Shown here: positions 10,651-19,681 of the stretch, one piece after another
Layout: each line of letters starts with the position of its first letter
How positions within the stretch are numbered: the stretch's first letter is position 1
Source of the DNA: Longimicrobiales bacterium
Lineage (GTDB): Bacteria > Gemmatimonadota > Gemmatimonadetes > Longimicrobiales > Gaopeijiaceae
Direction of reading: 5' to 3'
Length of the DNA stretch: 64,000 nt
Assembly: GCA_965203485.1 (NCBI GenBank)
Contig: OZ241892.1
Coordinates: forward strand, 928,001-992,000
Translations under genes and position numbers: made by a program
The notes under the pieces: model-generated
What the model saw: only the letters and a program-made list of their open reading frames with translations
What the model was told of the DNA's origin: nothing
Database searches by the model: none

Positions 10651-11697
10651 GTGGCGACGCTCGTCCTCGACTTGATGGACAGCCGGCCCCTCCTGGCGTT
10701 TCCGGGATGGGCCCGCGAGGCGATCCTCGGCGCCGTCCCGCGCGGCTGGTCCACCGCCGTGCTCGACGTGCCGGCGAACGCGTCGGGCGACGGCGTGCAG
10801 CGATTTCCGCCGGAGTTGCTGGACGAGGCCGCGGACGCCCGCGTCTACGTCGGCTACGGCGTCTCGCCCGAGTTCCTGAGGGTTGCGCCGCGCCTCGAGT
10901 GGGTGCACTCGGGCGCGGCGGGCGTGGCGTCTTCGCTCGGCCCCGAAATGCTCTCCCGGCCCGTCCATTTCACCAACTCGGCCGGAATCCACGGACCGCC
11001 GGTCGCGGAGACGGCGGTGGCCGCGATGCTCTACTTCGCCCGCGGCCTCGACTTGGCGGTGCGCGCGCAGCGCGAAGGACGGTGGGGAGGCGACGACTTC
11101 TGGGGGGACGATTCGCCTGTCGCGGAGCTGAGCGCGTCGGTCGTCGGAGTGGTCGGCTACGGGGGGATCGGCCGCGGCGTGGCCGAGCGGGCCCTGGCGA
11201 TGGGCAGCCGGGTCCTGGCCTTGCGCAGGCGCGCCGCGAGGGCGGAGCCGCCCGTCCGTCCGGAAGAGGGACGCCTCGAGGTCTGCTCCGGCGACGCGGC
11301 CCTGGCCCGCATCGCGGCCGAGTCAGACTACCTGGTGCTCGCGGCTCCGGAGACGCCGCAGACCCGCGGGCTGGTCGGACGCAGAATGCTCGCCTCGATG
11401 AAGGCGCGGGCCGTGCTGGTGAACGTGGCGCGCGGCGGCCTCGTGGACGAGGAAGCGTTGCTGGCCGCCCTGAACTCCGGCCGCCTCCGCGGAGCCGCGC
11501 TCGACGTGTTTCGCGAGGAGCCGTTGCCGCCCGGCCATCCGTTCTTCGCGCACCCGCGGGTGCTCGTCACGCCGCACGTCTCGGCGGCGACCCGCAACTA
11601 CTGGAAGCGCCAAGTGGCCCTGGTCGCCGACAACATCCGGAGATTCGCGCGGGGCGAGCCGCTCCGCAACGTCGTGGACAAGCAGGCGGGGTACTGA
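10651..11697 (+). CDS. D-2-hydroxyacid dehydrogenase (NAD-binding)
   Basis: GVVGYGGIG Rossmann motif, LVNVARGG.VDE, GAALDVF..EPL, TPH. Confidence 0.93.
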   Translation: MATLVLDLMDSRPLLAFPGWAREAILGAVPRGWSTAVLDVPANASGDGVQRFPPELLDEAADARVYVGYGVSPEFLRVAPRLEWVHSGAAGVASSLGPEMLSRPVHFTNSAGIHGPPVAETAVAAMLYFARGLDLAVRAQREGRWGGDDFWGDDSPVAELSASVVGVVGYGGIGRGVAERALAMGSRVLALRRRAARAEPPVRPEEGRLEVCSGDAALARIAAESDYLVLAAPETPQTRGLVGRRMLASMKARAVLVNVARGGLVDEEALLAALNSGRLRGAALDVFREEPLPPGHPFFAHPRVLVTPHVSAATRNYWKRQVALVADNIRRFARGEPLRNVVDKQAGY

Positions 11698-11718
11698 TCT
11701 TCCGGCCCGCCGACTAGA

Positions 11719-12384
11719 CTAGCGTCCGCTTCGGCCCCCGGCGGCCTCCTCCGCCTTCACCTCGTCCCACAGGTGGTCCAGATGCTCCAGGCTCGTCCCC
11801 GGCATCGCGACGCCCCTCTCCAGGGCCAGCTCCCGCACCCGCCCAAGCCGCCGCTCGAACTTGTCGGTCGCCCGATTCAGCGCCGCCCGCGGCTCCACGC
11901 CCGCGGCCCTGGCCAAGTTGACCGCCGCGAACAGAAGGTCGCCCACCTCGTCGCGCAGCAAGTCGCCGGCGCCCGAGCCGGCCGGGCCGTCCGCGCCCGG
12001 CTCCGCCGCGAGGAGAAGCTCCGCCACTTCGTCCGCTTCCTCGCGCACGCAAGCGATCGGGCCCCGAACATCGGGCCAGTCGAACCCCAACGCGCCCGCC
12101 TGGTCCTGGGCGTGGAGGGCTCGGTCCAGCGCGGAGCCCGTCGGCCCGCCGCCCGCCGAGGCCGCTTTCCGCGCCCGAGCAAGCGCATCGGACCCCGTGG
12201 GCGCGGCCTGCGCTCCGCCCGCTGTGCGGGGCTTGCCGTCTCCGTCGATGCTGGTTCCCCCCTTGGGGCCAAGAAGCCGCGCGGCCGGCCCGCGTCGGTC
12301 GGCGTTCTCGCGGTGTGGACGGCTCCAGCGGCCCAGGCGTCTCCCGCCTCGCGACCCGCTCCGCCGCTCCGGGCCGCGCAGCAC
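11719..12384 (-). CDS. MazG-family nucleoside triphosphate pyrophosphohydrolase; only the C-terminal MazG domain is recognisable and the start is uncertain
   Basis: GFDWPD..EEADEV..DEVGDLLFAAVNLAR....P..AL..A..KFERR..LEHLDHLWDEVK matches the second MazG domain. Confidence 0.75.
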   Translation of the reverse strand: MLRGPERRSGSRGGRRLGRWSRPHRENADRRGPAARLLGPKGGTSIDGDGKPRTAGGAQAAPTGSDALARARKAASAGGGPTGSALDRALHAQDQAGALGFDWPDVRGPIACVREEADEVAELLLAAEPGADGPAGSGAGDLLRDEVGDLLFAAVNLARAAGVEPRAALNRATDKFERRLGRVRELALERGVAMPGTSLEHLDHLWDEVKAEEAAGGRSGR

Positions 12385-12469
12385 GCCTCGCCGCCGCGCT
12401 CCTCCCGCGCGCCGCATCGTACGCGCGCGGACGCGCCTCGTCCAGCTCCTCCCGCGCGGCCGCTCCACC

Positions 12470-13663
12470 TTGCTTGACCACCGGCGTCGCGGCGCCCCGC
12501 CGCGGGGCAAGGAGAGCCCCGCGCAAGGAACGCGCCCCCCCGCCGACGCGCGCGCGTGGCTCGAAGTCGACGCGGGCGCGTTGCGCCGCAACCTCCGGCG
12601 AATCCGCGACGCGGCCTCCCCGGGCGCCAGGCTGATCCCCATGGTCAAGTCGGACGCCTACGGAACGGGAGCGCTGCCCGCCGTCGAGGCGTTGCGCGCC
12701 GCCGGTCCGTGGGGATTCGGCGTGGCCACCGTCGAAGAGGGAAGGGAACTTCGTCGCGCAGGCGTGCGCGAGCCCGTCATGATCTTCTGTCCGGTACCGC
12801 CGCGAGCGCTGGCGGCCGCGCTCGACGCCGATCTCGTTCCTTGCGTCTCGGACTTGCCGGGGCTCGCGGCGCTCGAGGAACTCGCGCCCGCGTCCGCCCG
12901 TCCCGCCGCCTTTCAGATCGAGGTGGACACCGGCATGGGCCGGGCCGGCTTCTTTCTGCACGAGCGCTCCGGCTGGTGGGACGCCGTCGCGGCGGCGGCG
13001 CAGTCGGGCCTCCGCTTGGCCGGCGTGTTCACGCACCTGCACTCCGCCGACGCGCCCGACTTGGCCGGCGCCCGACGCCAGCTGGAGCGGTTCGACGAGT
13101 TCGTCGCCTGGATGCGCCGAGCCGGCGGCCTGGGCGCGGACGACGATCTGCTCGTCCACTGCTCCAACAGCGCGGGCGCCCTGCGCCTTCGCTCTCGCAC
13201 CGAGAACGCCGTGCGCCCCGGCGTCTTCCTCTACGGAGGACGCGCGTTCGACGCGCCGGTTCGCCCGGAGCCCGTGGTGGCTCTGCGCGCGCGCGTCGTC
13301 CTTGCGCGCGACGTGCCCGCCGGCACGACGCTGGGCTACGGCGCCACGTACCGCGCCGCGCGATCCGAACGCTGGGCCACCGTGGCCCTCGGCTACGGAG
13401 ACGGTCTGCGGCGCGGCCTGGGGAACAAGGGCGCGGCCCTGGTCGCGGGCCGCCGGGCGCCGATCGTCGGGCGCGTCTCCATGAACGCAACCGTCGTTCG
13501 CGCGCCTCCGGCGACCGTCCCCGGCGATGTCGTTACCTTTCTGGGACGAGACGCCGGGTCGGAGATCGGCCTGGACCGCTTCGCGGAGGCCGCAGGCACG
13601 ATCAGCTACGAGATTCTGACCGGCCTTTCGCCCCGGTTGCCCAGAGTCCGGCTGGAATCCTGA
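12470..13663 (+). CDS. alr: Alanine racemase (start approximate)
   Basis: AWLEVD..AL..N, VKSDAYG PLP lysine, VDTGMGRAG, GYGATY, GYGDG, GTISYEILTGL. Confidence 0.93.
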   Translation: MLDHRRRGAPPRGKESPAQGTRPPADARAWLEVDAGALRRNLRRIRDAASPGARLIPMVKSDAYGTGALPAVEALRAAGPWGFGVATVEEGRELRRAGVREPVMIFCPVPPRALAAALDADLVPCVSDLPGLAALEELAPASARPAAFQIEVDTGMGRAGFFLHERSGWWDAVAAAAQSGLRLAGVFTHLHSADAPDLAGARRQLERFDEFVAWMRRAGGLGADDDLLVHCSNSAGALRLRSRTENAVRPGVFLYGGRAFDAPVRPEPVVALRARVVLARDVPAGTTLGYGATYRAARSERWATVALGYGDGLRRGLGNKGAALVAGRRAPIVGRVSMNATVVRAPPATVPGDVVTFLGRDAGSEIGLDRFAEAAGTISYEILTGLSPRLPRVRLES

Positions 13664-14076
13664 TGGCTCACCCCCCCAAGTCGCTGGCCCAAGCCGCCAC
13701 CGCCGCGCTTCTCCATGCGCACGCTCCCTATTCCCGCTTCCGGGTCGGCGCCGCGCTGGAGACCGAGTCGGGCGAGCGCTTCGCGGGATGCAACGTCGAG
13801 AACTCGTCCTACGGCCTCACCCTGTGCGCCGAGCGTTCGGCGGTGGCGAACGCGGTCGCCGCCGGCCATCGCCGCTTCCGCCGCATCGTCGTCGCCACCG
13901 AGCGCGAGCGTCCCGTGCCTCCCTGCGGCGCCTGCCGGCAGTTCCTGGCCGAGTTCGGACTCGATCTGGAGGTCTTCGGCGTCGCCGGGCGCGAGACCAA
14001 GCGGTGGTCCCTGCGGCGCCTGCTTCCGGATTCCTTTGAACTCCCGCCGCCTTCCGGCGGCGGCGAAGCCGCATGA
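13663..14076 (+). CDS. cdd: Cytidine deaminase
   Basis: APYSRFRVGAAL, GCNVEN, CAER, PCGACRQ. Confidence 0.96.
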   Translation: MAHPPKSLAQAATAALLHAHAPYSRFRVGAALETESGERFAGCNVENSSYGLTLCAERSAVANAVAAGHRRFRRIVVATERERPVPPCGACRQFLAEFGLDLEVFGVAGRETKRWSLRRLLPDSFELPPPSGGGEAA

Positions 14077-15458
14077 CCCCGCGCGCTGCGCGTTTCCGGC
14101 GCCCGTCCGCGCCGGCCGGCCGCCGGGCCGCCGAAGCGAGTTCCCCCAAGCGCAGATGGGCGGCCCTCCTTCCGTTGGTGGCCGGCGTTCTGCCCCTCGC
14201 CTGCCAAGAGCAGCTTCCGACCTCGGCCCGCGAGGACCTCGTGCCGGCCGGCATCCTCGTCGAAGTCACGCTGCCTTTCGACCAGTTCGCTTCCAACCTG
14301 CGCGTCTACGGCGGGTTCGGACGCGCGTCGGAGAGCCGCGGGGCATTCCTGGCCCACGAGTTCGGCACGACCGCCGCCGGCCCAGCTCGGCCGTCCCTGG
14401 CCGCCAAGACGCTGGTTCGCTTCGGGACCTATCCGTCGTCCGCGTCCGTGCGCGACACGGCCGGCACGCTCCGGACGGACTCTGCGATCGCGTTCGTCTC
14501 CGGACGCATCGCGGCGGTCTTCGACGCGCCGGGCACCGTCGCCGCCGGCCCGGTGGAGGTGGTCGCACACGAGATCGCGGAAGCCTGGGACGGAACAAGC
14601 GCCACGTGGAGCCATGCCGTGGACACCTTGAACGGGAGGGTCCCCTGGTCCGAAACCGGGGGAGGGCCGCCGCGGGAGGTCGCCCGCGCCGCGTGGGACC
14701 CGGCGGGAGGCGACACCCTCTTCCTGCAGGTCGATTCGGCGAGCGTGCACGCGTGGGCCGACACGGCGTCGGGCGTGCACGGCGTCCGCCTGGAGACCTC
14801 CACGCGGGGCGCCCGCGTCGAGCTGCGCTCGGCGTTCCTGTCCCTGCGAGCGCTCCCCAGCATCAATCCGGACACGATGCTGGACCTCGCCGTGCCGGTG
14901 CGGCGCAGGACGTTCGTGTACGATCCGTCCCCGCCTCCGCCCGCCCCCGGCGAGGCGAGGGTCGGCGGCGTCCCGGCTTGGCGGAGCGTCCTGGACCTGG
15001 ACGTGCCGGACCGGCTCGACGGTCCGCCCTACCTTTGCGCGGCCGTGCAGTGTCCCGTGCGCCTCGACGACAGCCGCGTCTCCTACGCGGCTCTGCAACT
15101 CGTGTCGCGCGCCCCTCCTTCCGCGTTCGCGCCCTCCGACTCGCTGGCCGTCGAAGTGCGCCCCGTCCTTGCCCCCGACTTCCTGCCCAAGTCGCCCTTG
15201 GGGGCGCCGGCCACGGGCCTCGCCGGGGCGCCCCTCGCGGCCCAGTGGTTCGCGCCTCCCGCCGGCAAGGTGGTCGAGGTCCCGATCACGGCGCTCGTGC
15301 GCGACCTGCTTCGGTCCGCCGAAACGGACGGCGCCGTCTCCAGCACGATCGCCCTTCTCGCGCCGCTGTCGCTGGCGTACGTCTCCTTCGAGGGCGCCGA
15401 TCCAGAGCGCGCCCCGCGCTTGCGACTGATACTCAGCTTCTCGGAGGCCGGCCGGTGA
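14073..15458 (+). CDS. Hypothetical lipoprotein
   Basis: Lipobox-like VLPLAC after a hydrophobic stretch; overlaps the cdd stop (ATGA) and the next start. Confidence 0.7.
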   Translation: MTPRAARFRRPSAPAGRRAAEASSPKRRWAALLPLVAGVLPLACQEQLPTSAREDLVPAGILVEVTLPFDQFASNLRVYGGFGRASESRGAFLAHEFGTTAAGPARPSLAAKTLVRFGTYPSSASVRDTAGTLRTDSAIAFVSGRIAAVFDAPGTVAAGPVEVVAHEIAEAWDGTSATWSHAVDTLNGRVPWSETGGGPPREVARAAWDPAGGDTLFLQVDSASVHAWADTASGVHGVRLETSTRGARVELRSAFLSLRALPSINPDTMLDLAVPVRRRTFVYDPSPPPPAPGEARVGGVPAWRSVLDLDVPDRLDGPPYLCAAVQCPVRLDDSRVSYAALQLVSRAPPSAFAPSDSLAVEVRPVLAPDFLPKSPLGAPATGLAGAPLAAQWFAPPAGKVVEVPITALVRDLLRSAETDGAVSSTIALLAPLSLAYVSFEGADPERAPRLRLILSFSEAGR

Positions 15459-16651
15459 GGCGCCGGCGGGACCGGGCGAGGCTTGGCGCGCGCGCCGTCT
15501 TGGCCGCCGCCTCCGCGGCGCTCGCGCCCGGTCTCCCCGGCGCGGCCGAGGCGCAGTCGCTCATGGGAGTTCGAGGCCTGGGCGTTCTCGGAGGGGCGGC
15601 CGGCGGACGCGCCGCGGCCGTCGGCAACCTGGGGATCGGCCTGGCCGGGGTGGAGGTCTCGGCCTCCGACCCGACGGCGGGCAAGGACCTGGGCGTGCCC
15701 ACGATCAGCCTGACGATGCAGCCCACCTGGGGCGAGTTCGAACTCGGCGCCGAGCGCGGCGACGTGCGCACCACCCGTTTTCCGCTGGTCGGCATCGTGT
15801 TTCCGCTGCTGGGCGTCCGGGGCGCCGTGACGGCGGCGATTTCGGGCCGCATGGACCAGCGGTGGTCGGGCGAAGTTCCCCGGACCGTGGACTTGGGCGA
15901 GGGCGGCGTGCCGGTGTCGGACCGCTTCCAGGCGGACGGTGGGATTTCGGTCGTGCGCGCAGGCTGGGTGCAGCGCATACGCGGGACGTTCGCCGCGGGC
16001 GTTTCGGTGGGCGCGTATCTGGGCCGCCTGGACCAGACGTTCGACCGCGCCCTGGACACGCTTACCCTCGGCGGCGTCCAGAGCTTTGTTCAGGAAGGCG
16101 CGTGGCGGTACAGCGGCGCCACCGTGACCGTCGGCGCGAGCGCGTCGCCCCACCGGCTGATCCACTTGGCCGGCGCCGTCGAGTGGTCCGGCAAGCTGAC
16201 CGAGTCGCCCAGCGACGACGGCGAACCGCGTACCTATGCCATCCCGCTTCGCGTGCTCGCGGGCGCCACCGGGAGGCTCACGTCGAGGCTCGCCCTCAAC
16301 GCGTCGCTTGCGTTTCAGGACTGGTCGGCCGCGTCGGGCTTCGCCCCGGGCACGACCTCGGGCAGCAAGTTCAGCTACGGAGCGGGCGTGGAAGCGACGC
16401 TCGCGCAGGGCGAGAGCCGAAGCGTGCCGTTGCGCGCCGGGTTCCGCCGGGTGGCCCAGCCGTTCCGGTTCGAGTCCGCGGACCCCGAAGAGACCATTTG
16501 GTCGGTCGGACTGGGCCTCAACCTCGTCGAGACCGAAGGCCGCCGCCGCGGGTGGGTGGACATCGGCGCCGAGCGGGGCAGGCGGGCCAGCGCTCCCCTG
16601 GTCGAGCAGTACTGGCGGGCCACGGTGTCGTTGGGCATCTCGCAGTTCTGA
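15455..16651 (+). CDS. Putative outer-membrane beta-barrel protein
   Basis: Signal peptide ending AEA-Q, alternating beta-strand pattern, C-terminal Phe (SLGISQF). Confidence 0.7.
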   Translation: MRRRRDRARLGARAVLAAASAALAPGLPGAAEAQSLMGVRGLGVLGGAAGGRAAAVGNLGIGLAGVEVSASDPTAGKDLGVPTISLTMQPTWGEFELGAERGDVRTTRFPLVGIVFPLLGVRGAVTAAISGRMDQRWSGEVPRTVDLGEGGVPVSDRFQADGGISVVRAGWVQRIRGTFAAGVSVGAYLGRLDQTFDRALDTLTLGGVQSFVQEGAWRYSGATVTVGASASPHRLIHLAGAVEWSGKLTESPSDDGEPRTYAIPLRVLAGATGRLTSRLALNASLAFQDWSAASGFAPGTTSGSKFSYGAGVEATLAQGESRSVPLRAGFRRVAQPFRFESADPEETIWSVGLGLNLVETEGRRRGWVDIGAERGRRASAPLVEQYWRATVSLGISQF

Positions 16652-16665
16652 AGGAGAACCGCGTC

Positions 16666-18021
16666 GTGCGCGTCCACTACAAGACCTTCGGTTGCAAGGC
16701 CAACCAGTACGACACCGAGCGCATGCGGCAGGCGCTGCAGCGCGCGGGCGCGAAGAGCGGGCCGGCCGCGCTGGAGTCGGCCGACGTGTGCGTGGTCAAC
16801 ACGTGCACAGTCACCAACCGGGCCGACGCCGGCGCCCGCCGCTTCGTTCGCCGCGCCGCCCGCCGCAACCCGGACGCCGTCGTGCTGGTGGCCGGATGCT
16901 CGGCCGCCCTGCGCGGCGGCGAGTACGCGGCGATGGACGAGGTGGCCGGCGTTGTCCCGGGACACGATCCCGCCGACGTGCTGGCGACGCTGCGGGCGGC
17001 CCTCGCCGACGCCGAGGCGGACGACGCCCTCGGCGCCGCCGAAGCCGCCCCGGCGCCGCGCGGACGCTCGCTGGCCCAGCTCGGAAGCCGCCTGCCCCTC
17101 GACCGCGCGCATGTCGAGCCGGTGGGCGCCGCCGTCCTCCTCCGTCGCGCCGGCGCCACGCGCGGATGGCTGAAGGTGCAGGACGGTTGCGACCGCAAAT
17201 GCGCGTTCTGCGCCACGCGCCTAGCCCGCGGCCGCAGCCGCAGCCGCCCGCCGGACGAAGTCGTCGCCGAAGCCCAGGCCCTGGCCCGCGTCCACCCCGA
17301 GCTGGTCGTGACGGGCGTCCACATCGGCCACTACGGGCGCGACCTGGCGCCGCGCGAGTCGCTCACGGCCCTCGTGCGCCGCCTGCTCGACCGCGTGCCC
17401 GGGGTCCGCTTCCGGCTCGGCAGCATCGAAGCCACCGAGGTGGACGACGGCCTGATCCAGCTTCTCGCGAACTCGGACGGACGGCTGGCGCCGCACGTGC
17501 ACATGCCCATGCAGAGCGGCGCCGACCCCGTGCTCCGCCGCATGAGGCGCTGGCACACCCGCGAGCAGTACCGCCGCCGCGCCCACCAAATCGCCGAAGC
17601 GGCCGCCCCCGTCGGACTGGGCGCAGACGTCATCGCGGGCTTTCCCGGCGAGTCCGCGTCCGACCACGACGCCACGATCGCGCTGGTTGAGGAACTCCCG
17701 CTCACCTACCTCCACGTGTTCCCGTACTCGGTGCGCGACGGAACCGCCGCCGCCTCCTTGCCGGGGCGCGTCCCCGAGCGCGTGGCGCGCGAGCGCGGAG
17801 CGGAGTTGCGGGAAGCCGCCGCCGCCAAGGGCCGCCGGTACGCGGAGCAGCGCGGAGGCGGCCCGGCCGAAGTCGTCCTGGAGGGCAGGAGCGGCGCCGC
17901 GCTCACGGGCGACTACCTGCGCGTCGCGGTGGTCCCGCCCGCCCAGCCCGACCCGAGCGTCCTGCACCGGGGCCGCCTGACGCCCGACGGAGCCGGCGTC
18001 GTCCTGGGCGCGGCCGCGTGA
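16666..18021 (+). CDS. mtaB: tRNA methylthiotransferase MtaB-like (MiaB/RimO radical SAM family)
   Basis: TFGCKANQYD, NTCTVT..AD, LKVQDGCDRKCAFC (CxxxCxxC), HVFPYS.R.GT; SD aaggag. Confidence 0.88.
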   Translation: MRVHYKTFGCKANQYDTERMRQALQRAGAKSGPAALESADVCVVNTCTVTNRADAGARRFVRRAARRNPDAVVLVAGCSAALRGGEYAAMDEVAGVVPGHDPADVLATLRAALADAEADDALGAAEAAPAPRGRSLAQLGSRLPLDRAHVEPVGAAVLLRRAGATRGWLKVQDGCDRKCAFCATRLARGRSRSRPPDEVVAEAQALARVHPELVVTGVHIGHYGRDLAPRESLTALVRRLLDRVPGVRFRLGSIEATEVDDGLIQLLANSDGRLAPHVHMPMQSGADPVLRRMRRWHTREQYRRRAHQIAEAAAPVGLGADVIAGFPGESASDHDATIALVEELPLTYLHVFPYSVRDGTAAASLPGRVPERVARERGAELREAAAAKGRRYAEQRGGGPAEVVLEGRSGAALTGDYLRVAVVPPAQPDPSVLHRGRLTPDGAGVVLGAAA

Positions 18022-19424
18022 GCGCCGCCGCCCGCCCCTCCGTGCCGCGCCTCGGGACGCCCGCCTCGCCTTGCGGCGGCCGGGCCTACGTGGAGACCTA
18101 CGGTTGCCAGATGAACGCCGCCGACGGAGAGCTCATGGAGGGCGTGCTGGAGGCGAGCGGCTACCGGATCGCATCCACGCCCGAAGACGCCGACGTCATC
18201 CTGGTCAACACCTGCGCCATCCGCGAGCACGCCGAGCAGCGGGTGCTGGGCCGGGTCGGCCAGCTCGCCGCCTTCAAGCGCGGCCGCCCCGGCGTGGTCC
18301 TGGGCGTCGTCGGCTGCATGGCCCAGCGCATGGGCGCAGGCCTGCTGGACAGGGCTCCGCAAGTGGACCTCGTGGTGGGGCCGGACGGGTACCGCGGCCT
18401 GGGCGAGCTGATTCGGCGGGTCAATCCGTCGCGGCGCTCCCCGCCCCGGTCCGGCGGCCGCGGCCGCCGCCGGCTCTCCGTCGTCGACCTGTCCCGCGAG
18501 GAGAACTACCGCGGCTTGGAGCAGCGACGCCGGTCGCGCGTCTCCGCTTGGGTGCCCGTCCAGCGCGGCTGCGACCACCGATGCACCTTCTGCATCGTCC
18601 CCTACGTCCGCGGCCCGGAAAAGAACCGCGACCCGAGCGACGTGCTGGCCGAGGTGCGCGCGCTGGCGGAGCAGGGCGTTACCGAAGTCACCCTGCTGGG
18701 CCAGACGGTCAACTCCTACTCGAGCGAAGGCTGGACCTTCGCCCGCCTGCTTCGCGAGACCGCCCGCGTGCCCGGCGTCCGCCGGGTCCGCTTCACGTCC
18801 CCCCATCCCAACGACGTCACGCCGGACCTGGTCGAAGTGATGGCCTCCGAGGCCGCCGTCTGCGAGCAGCTTCACTTGCCGGTCCAGTCGGGCAGCGACC
18901 GCACGCTCAAGCGCATGCTGCGCCGCTACACCGCCGCGTCCTTCCTCGAGAAGGTGGAGATGGTGCGCGACGCGGTGCCCGGCGTCGCTCTCTCGACGGA
19001 CGTGATCGCCGCGTTTCCGGGCGAGACCGAGGACGAGTTCCGGGAGACGCTCGACCTGCTCGCGCACGTCCGCTTCGACGACGCCTTCACCTACCGCTAC
19101 AGTCCCCGCGACGGGACGCCGGCCACCCGTCTCCCCGCGGACCAGTTCGTGCCGGACGACGTGGCCCAGGACCGCTTGGAGCGGCTGATCGCCCTCGCGC
19201 GCGGGATCCAGGCCGAGATCAACCGCGCCGAAGTGGGCCGTACCGAGGAGCTGCTCGTCGAGCGCGCGGGTCGGCGCGGCGGCACCGTGCTGGGACGCAC
19301 GCGACGCTTCAAGGCGGCCGTGCTGCCCGGCTCCGACGACCAAGTGGGCCGCTACGTGACGGCGCGCCTGACCCGCACGACCGGCGCCACCTTCGTGGCC
19401 GAGCCGCTCTCCTCCCCCGCATGA
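18018..19424 (+). CDS. miaB: tRNA i6A37 methylthiotransferase MiaB
   Basis: ETYGCQMN..D, NTCAIREHAE, GCDHRCTFCIVPYVRG, LLGQTVNSY, RFTSPHP, TRAM domain. Confidence 0.95.
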   Translation: MSAAARPSVPRLGTPASPCGGRAYVETYGCQMNAADGELMEGVLEASGYRIASTPEDADVILVNTCAIREHAEQRVLGRVGQLAAFKRGRPGVVLGVVGCMAQRMGAGLLDRAPQVDLVVGPDGYRGLGELIRRVNPSRRSPPRSGGRGRRRLSVVDLSREENYRGLEQRRRSRVSAWVPVQRGCDHRCTFCIVPYVRGPEKNRDPSDVLAEVRALAEQGVTEVTLLGQTVNSYSSEGWTFARLLRETARVPGVRRVRFTSPHPNDVTPDLVEVMASEAAVCEQLHLPVQSGSDRTLKRMLRRYTAASFLEKVEMVRDAVPGVALSTDVIAAFPGETEDEFRETLDLLAHVRFDDAFTYRYSPRDGTPATRLPADQFVPDDVAQDRLERLIALARGIQAEINRAEVGRTEELLVERAGRRGGTVLGRTRRFKAAVLPGSDDQVGRYVTARLTRTTGATFVAEPLSSPA

Positions 19425-19681
19425 GCCGCGTCGTCCGCTTGGCCGCCTTGGCCGCGGTCGCGGCGCTCGGCGTCGGCTTCGCCAAGGCGAACGCGGCGAG
19501 ACGCGTCGCGATCGACTTGGGGCTGTTCGCGCTCCACGACGTTCCCGTCACCTTCGTGGCCTTCGGCGGGGTGGTCGTCGGCATGGGCGTGATGCTGGCC
19601 GCGGGTCTCGCCTCCGACCTCAAGGTGCGACGGCTTCTCCGGGCGCAGGAGCCCGACGAAGGAGGGCCGCGCTTGGAGTGA
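19421..19681 (+). CDS. Small two-TM membrane protein, LapA-like
   Basis: 86 aa; TM, N..V.IDL loop, TM, basic tail; overlaps the miaB stop and the comEC start. Confidence 0.65.
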   Translation: MSRVVRLAALAAVAALGVGFAKANAARRVAIDLGLFALHDVPVTFVAFGGVVVGMGVMLAAGLASDLKVRRLLRAQEPDEGGPRLE

